A DNA stretch of 64,000 bases from Candidatus Binatia bacterium (lineage in GTDB: Bacteria > Desulfobacterota > Binatia > Bin18): assembly GCA_963664395.2 (NCBI GenBank), contig OY761159.2, positions 1,984,001 through 2,048,000 on the forward strand, read 5' to 3'. A program made the position numbers and the translations under genes. The notes beneath the pieces are model-generated. The model worked only from the letters and a program-made list of their open reading frames with translations, had not been told where the DNA came from and ran no database searches. This document shows, piece after piece, positions 9,413 to 17,798 of the stretch; position 1 is the stretch's first letter; each line of letters starts with the position of its first letter.

Positions 9413-10639
9413 TCACGTCATGCTGCCCAACTGCCGTCGGACCTCGCCTGTGCCGACAAACTGCGACAACAGCCGATAGTTCTGGTGCTCATAGCGAACC
9501 TTGCCGGCGATGATCGCCGGATGGACTTGCAGCGCATGGGCCAGATTCATGACCGCCATGGGTGTCGGGCGTTCCCGAGCCGCGCTCGCTTCCCAATCCG
9601 CCTGAGGGACGAGTGCCTCGATTGCCCATTCGTCGGCCTGCGCTTCTCTGGGGTCTTCCCGTCTGCCTTCCACCCCGCGCAGTGTCTGGTCATCGACAAA
9701 GGCATTGCCCTGGTTGTTGTCCAGGTGGCGACCCACGTGTGCCAATTCGTGCAACAGGCAGAACCAGAAATTGTCGATCCGGTCGTAGCGCAAGGTCAAC
9801 CCGACCACCGGCCGACCGTCCTTGAGCCGGAGCGCAGCGCCGTCGAGATAGGTCCTCGGCAAATGCGGCACGATCACTAGCGAGATGCCGTGTTTTGCCA
9901 GCACCTCCCTGGCCAGTCGCGGGCCGTCTTCAAACCAGCTCAACTGCGCAACCTCCCTGAGGAAGTGCGGCGTTACGGTGCCAGATACGTACTCCGTCTG
10001 CGGTGGGTTCTTGTTCCCCGTTGCCAGCACCTGCCAGCACCACGCTTTGAGGGCGTAGGCGTCCACCTTGGCGTTCGCACGCATATGATCGTTCTTTCGG
10101 TAGAGGGCAGCACAGGCGACATCCGGCCCTCCCGCCCGGTCAATCAACCCGCGCATAATCGCCTCGGCGCGCTTCGCCAAGTTGCGACCATCTCGAATCC
10201 AGCCCAGCTTCGCCATGTTCTTGACAGGAAATCGACTCCAATTGAGATCAGCCAGTGGATCGCTCATGTCTACATCCGGCTCGCGCAGTAACACATCGGC
10301 TGGGATGCCAAGATGCTGATGAAGCGCCCGCGCCATCGACATGGTGATGGCACGCTTGCCGGAGAGCACCTCGGACACCTTCGCTCGGCTCCCGATGAAA
10401 GGGATCAGGTCACGCGGCCGCAAATTGCCCTGCTCCATGCGGAACTCGATTGCAGCGAGCGGACTTGGATAGCCCATCGGCTCGTGCTTGCTCTCATAGA
10501 GTTCAACCAGATCAACGAGAATGTCGAGCTCATCGAACTCCGGGCTGCCGGGCGCTGCATCCATTAACGCGTCGATCCGCGCCAGCGCGTCCTCATAATC
10601 CTGCTCGGTCCGGACCGGCTTGATCTTTCCAGTGGCCAT
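9413..10639 (-). CDS. higA: HigA-type HTH antitoxin fused to ImmA/IrrE metallopeptidase domain
   Basis: N-terminal IKPVRTEQDYEDALARID...SEVLSGKRAIT (HigA); C-terminal RYDRIDNFWFCLLHELAH (HExxH). Start placed at MATGK, 10639. Confidence 0.88.
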   Translation of the reverse strand: MATGKIKPVRTEQDYEDALARIDALMDAAPGSPEFDELDILVDLVELYESKHEPMGYPSPLAAIEFRMEQGNLRPRDLIPFIGSRAKVSEVLSGKRAITMSMARALHQHLGIPADVLLREPDVDMSDPLADLNWSRFPVKNMAKLGWIRDGRNLAKRAEAIMRGLIDRAGGPDVACAALYRKNDHMRANAKVDAYALKAWCWQVLATGNKNPPQTEYVSGTVTPHFLREVAQLSWFEDGPRLAREVLAKHGISLVIVPHLPRTYLDGAALRLKDGRPVVGLTLRYDRIDNFWFCLLHELAHVGRHLDNNQGNAFVDDQTLRGVEGRREDPREAQADEWAIEALVPQADWEASAARERPTPMAVMNLAHALQVHPAIIAGKVRYEHQNYRLLSQFVGTGEVRRQLGSMT

Positions 10640-10640
10640 C

Positions 10641-10934
10641 TTACACCTCCAGAACATTCACGCGGTCATATTCGGCATGTGTTCCCACGAAGCGGACATA
10701 GACAATGCGTCCCGGATAGTTGATTTTCGCCACGAGCCGATAATGGTTACCCTTAATGTTAAAGACTACCCGGCTGTCACCGAGAATGCGGGCATTCGGG
10801 TATTTCTCCTTTATCTGTACCGGCGTCTCCCACTCCTCCTTCACGACCTCCCTATACCAGGCAAGCAGCGGCTCCTCGGCGTCCGCATGCCGCTCCCAAC
10901 ACTCCCGCAGCCTCTTCTTGCTGATGATCCGCAT
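10641..10934 (-). CDS. higB: HigB toxin (RelE superfamily mRNA interferase)
   Basis: MRIISKKRLRE..W...RVVFNIKGNHYRLV..INY..IVYVRFVGTHAEYD is the canonical HigB pattern. Confidence 0.93.
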   Translation of the reverse strand: MRIISKKRLRECWERHADAEEPLLAWYREVVKEEWETPVQIKEKYPNARILGDSRVVFNIKGNHYRLVAKINYPGRIVYVRFVGTHAEYDRVNVLEV

Positions 10935-10939
10935 AGCGA

Positions 10940-10968
10940 ATTATAAATTGTTCCCAAAATAATGTCAA
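10940..10968 (-). promoter_or_regulatory. Consensus sigma70 promoter, leaderless, for the higBA-led operon
   Basis: The minus strand reads TTGACA-N17-TATAAT-tcgct-ATG(higB), with no room for a Shine-Dalgarno sequence. Confidence 0.85.
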
Positions 10969-11018
10969 GTATAACGATCCCTAAATAGAAAGAGTATATA
11001 GCCCTTGGTGACTTCGGG

Positions 11019-12272
11019 TCAAGAGACGACCGCAACCACATATTTTCTGGTACTCCGTCGGCAGCCCCTGAGACGTGGCCCGGGGCTCACCGGAAGGTGT
11101 ACCAAAATTAATGTCCTAATCGAGTTTATACGAAAGTGCGGTGATGGAAGGTCTGGGGGTGACGGTAGTTGGCACGAAAACCCCCGCGAAGCGGCTGGGT
11201 TCTTCCCTATCCGGGCGAAGCAGCAGGAGTCTCCACCCGTTCGGGAGCCAGGGGCCGGTAGACCACACGCTTCGGCGATGAGTTCATAGGAGCGCACACG
11301 CTTGGAAAAATCATAACAAATCGTCACAATGCCGAGGTCGGTGGTCTGAAACACCTCGGCCAAGTGTTCGAGTTGCTCTTTCACCTGCTGCGGGTCTCCG
11401 TCAACATTGGCGCGACGGTATTGTTCCAGATAGGCCAGTTCGTCAGCGCTATACGGGTAGGCGCGTGCTTCCTCAGGCGTGGGGACCCCCCGCCGACGGC
11501 CACGGATGATGTTCAGCCGCACCATATTTCTGCTTGCCGACAGATAGTGCGCCTCTTCTGCGGTCTCCGCACATAGAGCCTGAACCGTCACATTGACCTT
11601 GGGCTCAGCTAAAAACTCTGAGGGACGAAAGTGCTGTCGGTAGCTCTCAACAATAGCCGGACCATGCTGGACGCCCATACCGAAGAAATAGGCATAGCTG
11701 AACGGCAGACCCCGCTCAGCCGCAATAAGGGCCGAGTCAATGCCCGAACCAAGCAACCAAACGTCCGGTGTGGTGCCCGCTGTTGGTCCGGCATGCACAT
11801 CGGCAAAACGGTGCTCTGGAGGGAGATCATCTGCGAGGTAGGCGATCAGGTCGTTGACCTGTTCCGGGTAATACCGAATATCGCGGGGTTGGCCGGGGTA
11901 GGAGAGCGCACCCGCGGTTCGTTGATCGCTCCCGGGCGCGCGGCCAAGGCCGAGGTCTATGCGGCCGGGATAAAAAGATTCAAGGACGCGGAATATCTCG
12001 GCAACTTTGAGGGCGCTGTAGTGGGACAGCATCACGCCGCCGCTACCGACTCGAATATGTTGTGTACGGGCTGCAATCTGGCCGATCACTATTTCCGGGC
12101 TGGTACCGGCGAAACTGGGCAAATTGTGATGCTCTGCAACCCAGAAACGTTCATATCCGAATTTTTCCACCGCCTCGGCAAGGGCGACCGTCTCCCGCAA
12201 CGCTTGGGCGGCTGTTCCCCCTTGTCGGACAGGAGACTGATCCGCCACACTCAAGTGCAGTTGTTGTGCCAT
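11019..12272 (-). CDS. LLM-class flavin-dependent oxidoreductase (luciferase-like) with atypical 3' extension
   Basis: RFWVAEHHN, RVGSGGVML and GRIDLGLGRAPG. Family-like sequence appears to end near YELIAEACGL (~11260). Confidence 0.88.
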   Translation of the reverse strand: MAQQLHLSVADQSPVRQGGTAAQALRETVALAEAVEKFGYERFWVAEHHNLPSFAGTSPEIVIGQIAARTQHIRVGSGGVMLSHYSALKVAEIFRVLESFYPGRIDLGLGRAPGSDQRTAGALSYPGQPRDIRYYPEQVNDLIAYLADDLPPEHRFADVHAGPTAGTTPDVWLLGSGIDSALIAAERGLPFSYAYFFGMGVQHGPAIVESYRQHFRPSEFLAEPKVNVTVQALCAETAEEAHYLSASRNMVRLNIIRGRRRGVPTPEEARAYPYSADELAYLEQYRRANVDGDPQQVKEQLEHLAEVFQTTDLGIVTICYDFSKRVRSYELIAEACGLPAPGSRTGGDSCCFARIGKNPAASRGFSCQLPSPPDLPSPHFRINSIRTLILVHLPVSPGPRLRGCRRSTRKYVVAVVS

Positions 12273-12277
12273 AGCTT

Positions 12278-12307
12278 AAAAAAAGGGCAGCCCCATGGGA
12301 CTGCCCC
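12278..12307 (-). terminator. Rho-independent terminator
   Basis: Minus strand GGGCAGTCCCATGGGGCTGCCC followed by T7, downstream of the esterase gene. Confidence 0.6.
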
Positions 12308-12332
12308 TGCTGTCGTGTCTCCGAAGAAAATT

Positions 12333-13217
12333 TTATGCCGTACGTTCCTTAAAAAACGCACCAATCTCTTCAATAGCCTGCCGGCCTTCGGGAAGAATCG
12401 GCGCAAACAAATGCCACACATGCGGCATTTCGTCCCAGATTTTCAGCGTCACATCCACGTCTGCTTTGCGGGCTCGTTCTGTGATTCTTGTGGCGTCGTC
12501 CAACAAGGTCTCTGAATCACCGACCTGGATAAGCAATGGCGGCAGGCCCGCAAGATTGGCATGCAGCGGGGCCGCCAGCGGGTTTTTCGGGTCCGCACCG
12601 CCCAAATACAGCTTGGCCATACCGAGCAGGCCTTCCTTCTGGACAACAGGATCGACCGCCGCCCGCGTGGTCATCGACTCTCCCGTTCCTTCCATATCGA
12701 CCCAGGGCGAAATACCAATGCCCGCGGCCGGCACAGGCTCCCCGGCGTCACGGATAGCGATGAGTGCGGCAAGAGCGAGGCCGCCACCAGCCGAGTCTCC
12801 TGCAATAGCAATGTTTGAGGCCTGAATACCTTGTCCGAGCAACCAACGGTAAGCTGCCACGGAATCATCCACCGGAGCGGGGAAGGGATGCTCGGGGGCC
12901 AGACGATAGTTGAGGGAGAGCACGCGGGCGCCAGATGCCTGGGATAGGCGGCCAGTCATGTCGCGGTGGGACCCGGCGGAGCCCATCACATAGCCGCCAC
13001 CATGGACATACAAGATGACCTTATCCTGGTCAGCGCCATCGGCAACACTCCATTCGGCAGACACCCCACCAGCTTCAACCGGGGTACACGTCACGCCAGC
13101 CGGGGCGGGTGCTTCTATCATGATCGCGCGCATGGCGTTGATATCTTTTGCCTCGGCCATCTTCGCCCCCATCTCTTTGAACATATCGAGGGTCTGTTGT
13201 AGTTGCGGACTTGCCAT
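12333..13217 (-). CDS. HSL-family esterase (alpha/beta hydrolase fold 3)
   Basis: HGGGY, YRLAPEHPFPA, GDSAG and HVW motifs; AGGAGG RBS before ATG 13217. Confidence 0.92.
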   Translation of the reverse strand: MASPQLQQTLDMFKEMGAKMAEAKDINAMRAIMIEAPAPAGVTCTPVEAGGVSAEWSVADGADQDKVILYVHGGGYVMGSAGSHRDMTGRLSQASGARVLSLNYRLAPEHPFPAPVDDSVAAYRWLLGQGIQASNIAIAGDSAGGGLALAALIAIRDAGEPVPAAGIGISPWVDMEGTGESMTTRAAVDPVVQKEGLLGMAKLYLGGADPKNPLAAPLHANLAGLPPLLIQVGDSETLLDDATRITERARKADVDVTLKIWDEMPHVWHLFAPILPEGRQAIEEIGAFFKERTA

Positions 13218-13334
13218 AGAGAACCTCCTTTTTTTACAGATCAATCGTCTCGCCGTACTCGAAGCGTATAACCGGTATAACCCCGGCCGGGTGTTGTCAA
13301 CTCAAACGAGTAATCGGCAACGGGCCAGGACGCC

Positions 13335-13604
13335 CTAGGCGACCCAGCCGTGCTGAAAGGTGTGTATCGTGCCGGGCGGATACCACCACTGGCCGGTTTG
13401 ACATAAGGGACATGTCTTTGGCGTGGACCCGCGTTTATATTCCGGGACACCGGCCATGGCCTGCACCGCGCCTTCAAAGGTCCCATCCCGGGTGACCTTC
13501 TTGGTGAGCAAATAGAGTCCCACGCCACAATCGGGGCAGGACAGGATCGTCCCCGAATTCAAAAACGGGAACGGAGTAATCTGATCCGGGAAGGGCTGCG
13601 ACAT
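13335..13604 (-). CDS. Small zinc-ribbon protein
   Basis: CPDC...CPLC; GGAGG RBS before ATG 13604. Confidence 0.65.
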   Translation of the reverse strand: MSQPFPDQITPFPFLNSGTILSCPDCGVGLYLLTKKVTRDGTFEGAVQAMAGVPEYKRGSTPKTCPLCQTGQWWYPPGTIHTFQHGWVA

Positions 13605-13620
13605 GGTCCCCTCCAAATAC

Positions 13621-14895
13621 TCAGACCCGCCGTTGGCGCTGGGCCTGCTGCGCCCGAGCCGCAAACTCGGACGGCTTCATGATGAGCGAGCCTTTAGATT
13701 CTTCCTGTTGGTGTTGCTTTTCTTCCGTGTAGTGCAGGCCGATGCTCTGCTGGACCAATCCTTCACAAAAGGGAATGCCACTGCCGCTCGCTCCCTCCTT
13801 TTGGAGCGCCAGAGACACGGCCAGGGCACGTTGGGCTGACTCCAAACGTCCGCTTGCCGCAAAATACAGCGCCGTTTCTTCCAGGCGCCGTGCGTAGGTC
13901 CGGCCGCTCTCCCCTGAGAACAATTCGGCAACCGCTTCTTTGATGACATCGTTCACCCGGTCTTTTTGCTGATGCTGGTTCAGCACCAGCGGGCTCTCCT
14001 GCGCACTGCTTATCTTTTCGACATAGGGCTTAGCTTGTTCTGCATCAAACAACCACCGCTGCATTTCCGGCTCTTCGGCAAGCTGAGTGGACGTTACAAG
14101 TAGATTTTCGTCGGCAGCGATTGCCTGCCGATCCAAACTATCCGGCAGCGGAACTGTTTGGGGTAAAGAGTAAACGTGTCCAGCTTTGTCTGAACGATTG
14201 GAGGACGCGTTTACTCTTTCTGGCGGTGTGGTGAAAACAAAAGACCGAACCGCCGGGTAGGATTCAACTTCTTTTCTGTCTTGTGCCTTGGCCCGTTCAT
14301 AGCCTTCCTGCATCAGGAAATCGCAGTACCGCCACGGCGCTTCAATCAGAGTCAGTCCGCTATTAGCGCTCAAATCCTGAAGCGCCTGACGCAAAACTTT
14401 GCGCGAGATTTCCGTGCCTTCAATGTAGCGCATCCCTTCTGGTTCGTTGATCAGCGAAGACAAGAAATGCAGCCCGCCGCCAACGCGTGCCTTCACTATC
14501 CAAACGAGGCGATCTCCTCGCCCATCCATTGAGGATATATAGCCTTCCGGTTCAATCGGGGTGAGAATGGATTTGCCCGTTCCCTTTTGCGGCCGCTCGG
14601 CCCGTATCCCTTTTTGTGACAGGCGATAGAGGGCACGGCTAATCTCTTTATGCAAACGCTTGTCAGTCGCCTGCTCGATCCAACTCACCAGGAACTGGGC
14701 CGACTCTACCGTCCGGACGTCGCCCAGGAATGCGGCCAGGGCCAGGTCGGCGTCAGCATGCTGTCCTATGCGCTCATGCAGGCTGGCAATATCCAGGCTG
14801 CTGTCCTGTCCGGCAGGGGGCTGAATGCCCCATTCTTCCAGCACTTTTTTGCCTTGTACCAGGCGAGGGTCGCGCTTCGCACTTTTTTTTGCCAT
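13621..14895 (-). CDS. Hypothetical protein (alpha-helical)
   Basis: 424-aa ORF with GGAGG RBS; no recognised motif. Confidence 0.75.
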   Translation of the reverse strand: MAKKSAKRDPRLVQGKKVLEEWGIQPPAGQDSSLDIASLHERIGQHADADLALAAFLGDVRTVESAQFLVSWIEQATDKRLHKEISRALYRLSQKGIRAERPQKGTGKSILTPIEPEGYISSMDGRGDRLVWIVKARVGGGLHFLSSLINEPEGMRYIEGTEISRKVLRQALQDLSANSGLTLIEAPWRYCDFLMQEGYERAKAQDRKEVESYPAVRSFVFTTPPERVNASSNRSDKAGHVYSLPQTVPLPDSLDRQAIAADENLLVTSTQLAEEPEMQRWLFDAEQAKPYVEKISSAQESPLVLNQHQQKDRVNDVIKEAVAELFSGESGRTYARRLEETALYFAASGRLESAQRALAVSLALQKEGASGSGIPFCEGLVQQSIGLHYTEEKQHQQEESKGSLIMKPSEFAARAQQAQRQRRV

Positions 14896-15025
14896 GTATT
14901 CCTCCCCAGGGCTGCCCGCAGCTTATCCAGCCGGCTCCTTGACTGTCAACTGGATTCGCTTCCGCCCCGGTCTAGCCCGCCTGGGGTATTGTTGTTAGGT
15001 AGGGTGCACGGAGGTAGAGGCTACG

Positions 15026-16207
15026 GTGGCGACAGCACGTTTTTGCCCACAGTGCGGGACGAAGACTATCCCCAAAGCACATTTCTGTACGGATTGTGGG
15101 GAACCACTTTCAGACGCAGGGAGCAAGGCCGGAGGGAAGAAGGCCAAGGGATCAGCCGCCACAGCAGCTACGGTCGAACAGCGGCTGCCGCTCCCCGGCA
15201 TCATCGTTTTGTCCTTATATCTCCTCGTTGGCATCGGACTCTGGGTATTCGTTCTTCGGACAGAGCCTTTCACCCCGACCCCGACCGGTTCCACTCAAGC
15301 CAGCACGGGCGGTTCGGCCCTGCCTCAGAATCATCCCGAGGTTGCCTTGCCTGAGGAGGTGAAGAGTCGTATCGCGGAACTGGTTGCCCAAGCCAATGCC
15401 GCCCCACAAGATCCCAGTGCGTGGCGGACCCTGGCTGAAGTCCAGTTCCGGGCGTCGCAGCTGGATGCCAGCTACCGCAGTGCGGCCCTGGCCTCGTATC
15501 GCAAGCTGTTTGAACTTGCGCCGAGCGACCTGGATGCTCTCCGCGGCTTGGGGAATGTGTACTACGACCTTGAGGAATATCAAACGGCTATTGAGTATTA
15601 TCAGCGCTATTTAACGGTGAAACCGGATGATGCCAGCGTGACGACCGACCTCGGGACCATGTACCTCTACACCGGCCAGGTCGACCAAGCCATTGCTTCA
15701 TATCAATCCGTCTTGGCCAAGCAGCCAGGCTTCTTTCAGGCGCATTTCAACCTGGGGGTTGCCTACCAGGAGAAGGGCCTGCCCGACCAAGCGGCCGCCT
15801 CATTACAGCAGGCCAAGAGTCTGACGGATAACACTGATATTCAGGCCCGCATTGACCAGCTCCTGGCGCAATTCTCAAACGGGACGGCCCCATCCCGAAC
15901 GGCTTCGACACCGAATCCCTTAGCTCCGCCGTTTCGGCAAGCAGTGGAATCGCTCTTTCGCTCACATGAAATGATGGCACCCAAAATCGTCCGTATTGAG
16001 TGGCCGTCGCAAACCGAGGCCAAGGTGTTCTTTCGCAATTTCCCCATGGCTGGTATGCCTCAGACCGTGCGAGACAATTTCAGAAAAAAACTCCATGGCC
16101 AAATTACCGACGCCCGGCAAAAAAATGGCATCAGTGGCCTGGTGACCGTTGAGCTTATCGATATTGATACCCAGCACGTCATGGAGACTCTCACGACCAC
16201 TTCATAG
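15026..16207 (+). CDS. Zinc-ribbon + TM + TPR protein
   Basis: Double CxxC ribbon (CPQCG, CTDCG), one TM helix and several TPR repeats. Confidence 0.85.
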   Translation: MATARFCPQCGTKTIPKAHFCTDCGEPLSDAGSKAGGKKAKGSAATAATVEQRLPLPGIIVLSLYLLVGIGLWVFVLRTEPFTPTPTGSTQASTGGSALPQNHPEVALPEEVKSRIAELVAQANAAPQDPSAWRTLAEVQFRASQLDASYRSAALASYRKLFELAPSDLDALRGLGNVYYDLEEYQTAIEYYQRYLTVKPDDASVTTDLGTMYLYTGQVDQAIASYQSVLAKQPGFFQAHFNLGVAYQEKGLPDQAAASLQQAKSLTDNTDIQARIDQLLAQFSNGTAPSRTASTPNPLAPPFRQAVESLFRSHEMMAPKIVRIEWPSQTEAKVFFRNFPMAGMPQTVRDNFRKKLHGQITDARQKNGISGLVTVELIDIDTQHVMETLTTTS

Positions 16208-16228
16208 AAGAGTAAACGAGTCACGATT

Positions 16229-17056
16229 ATGAGCGAAGCAACTACTCCGAATGGTGCCGTTCCGTTTTATTTACCCATAGGCGATGAGGTCGATATTTTT
16301 CGGGCCGCCTATGAGTGTCGCCTACCGGTTCTGCTGAAAGGCCCGACCGGCTGCGGCAAGACACGCTTTGTCGAGCATATGGCTCATGTGCTCATGCCGG
16401 ACCGCGGTGAGGACGTCCCGGAAAATATCGTCACGGTCGCCTGCCATGAAGATCTCACCGGGAGCGACCTGGTCGGTCGGTATCTTATTAAAGGCGATGA
16501 TACCGTCTGGGTAGACGGGCCGCTGACCCAGGCCGTCCGCACCGGGGCGATTTGTTATCTGGACGAGATCGTGGAAGCGCGCAAGGACACCATCGTCCTT
16601 ATCCATCCGCTGACCGACCACCGGCGTATTCTGCCGGTTGATAAGCGGGCCGAAATCCTTAAGGCGCATGAGAATTTTCTGCTGGTTATCTCGTACAACC
16701 CCGGCTACCAGAGTATCCTCAAAGACCTCAAACACTCTACGCGGCAGCGCTTTGTCACGGTCGAGTTCACCTACCCGCCTCGGGATAAAGAGGCTGAGAT
16801 CATTGCCCACGAAAGTGATTTGCCACTTGAGACCGCGCTTGACCTCGCCAAGCTGGGCGAAAAGGTACGCCATCTGAAGGCCAGCGGCCTTGAAGAGGGT
16901 GTCAGCACCCGGCTGCTCATTTATTCCGGCCAACTCATTCGCCAAGGGGTGCGACCGCGTCGCGCTTGTACGGTCGCGGTCTCCCGCTCGCTGACGGATG
17001 ATAATGACTCACAGCGGGCTATCGATGAAGTCATTAACGCGATCTTTCCCGAATAG
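16229..17056 (+). CDS. CbbQ/NirQ/NorQ family MoxR AAA+ ATPase
   Basis: [29 protein letters not shown] and STRLL motifs. Confidence 0.92.
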   Translation: MSEATTPNGAVPFYLPIGDEVDIFRAAYECRLPVLLKGPTGCGKTRFVEHMAHVLMPDRGEDVPENIVTVACHEDLTGSDLVGRYLIKGDDTVWVDGPLTQAVRTGAICYLDEIVEARKDTIVLIHPLTDHRRILPVDKRAEILKAHENFLLVISYNPGYQSILKDLKHSTRQRFVTVEFTYPPRDKEAEIIAHESDLPLETALDLAKLGEKVRHLKASGLEEGVSTRLLIYSGQLIRQGVRPRRACTVAVSRSLTDDNDSQRAIDEVINAIFPE

Positions 17057-17074
17057 TGCCGTGTCTTGTACTCG

Positions 17075-17761
17075 TTACGCTCCCTGATCAATAATCTCCT
17101 GGGCCGTGCGGAAGACGGCATGAAACATGGGCTGCGTCAGCCGGCCGGTAAAGGTGTTCTGTTGGCTGGGATGGTAGGAAGCGATGAGGCTGACGCCGTC
17201 CAGGTCGTAGCGCCTGCCATGTCCGAATTTCGGCTTGGGCGTCGGTACGTTCAGGCCGACTTTTCGGCGGGCTTTGAGATAGGCTGAAAAAGCCAACTGC
17301 CCCAGCGCCACAACGACCCTGACGTGTTTCAGCAGTTGGATTTCACGCAGCAAATAGGGTTGACACGCTTCGAATTCTTCTCGCGACGGCTTGTTGTCCG
17401 GCGGCGCACAATGGACGGCAGCCGTGATATAAGAGTCCTGTAACATCAGGCCATCGTTGCTATCGATTGACGTCGGCTGGTTGGCGAATCCATAGGCGTA
17501 CAATGCTCCGAAAACCCAGTCCCCGGACCGGTCACCCGTAAACACCCGTCCCGTCCGATTGCCGCCATGCGCGGCCGGCGCAAGGCCAACGACATACAGG
17601 CGTGCATTTCGGTCACCAAGGCTCGGCACCGGCTTGCCCCAATAGTCCCAGTCACGGTAGCGTTTGACTTTCTCCTGGGCCGTGCGCCGGCAGTGTTGAA
17701 TAAGCCGGGGACAGCGCTGGCAGGCAACGATCTGACGTTGGAGTTGGGCGATGGTCCGCAT
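17075..17761 (-). CDS. Uracil-DNA glycosylase family 5 (UdgB-like)
   Basis: CxxCPRL Fe-S motif, GLAPAAHGGNRTGRVFTGDRSG and YHPSQQNTFTG. Confidence 0.92.
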   Translation of the reverse strand: MRTIAQLQRQIVACQRCPRLIQHCRRTAQEKVKRYRDWDYWGKPVPSLGDRNARLYVVGLAPAAHGGNRTGRVFTGDRSGDWVFGALYAYGFANQPTSIDSNDGLMLQDSYITAAVHCAPPDNKPSREEFEACQPYLLREIQLLKHVRVVVALGQLAFSAYLKARRKVGLNVPTPKPKFGHGRRYDLDGVSLIASYHPSQQNTFTGRLTQPMFHAVFRTAQEIIDQGA

Positions 17762-17798
17762 CGGTAAGCCGGAATCCCCGTCTCCTTAGCGGCTGGCT

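Noticed and set aside
1232-11262. Possible att-like direct repeat (CCAGGGG..GTAG.CC at ~1233 and ~11248) bounding the island
   Set aside because: The match is too short and gapped, and there is no integrase or tRNA in the window.
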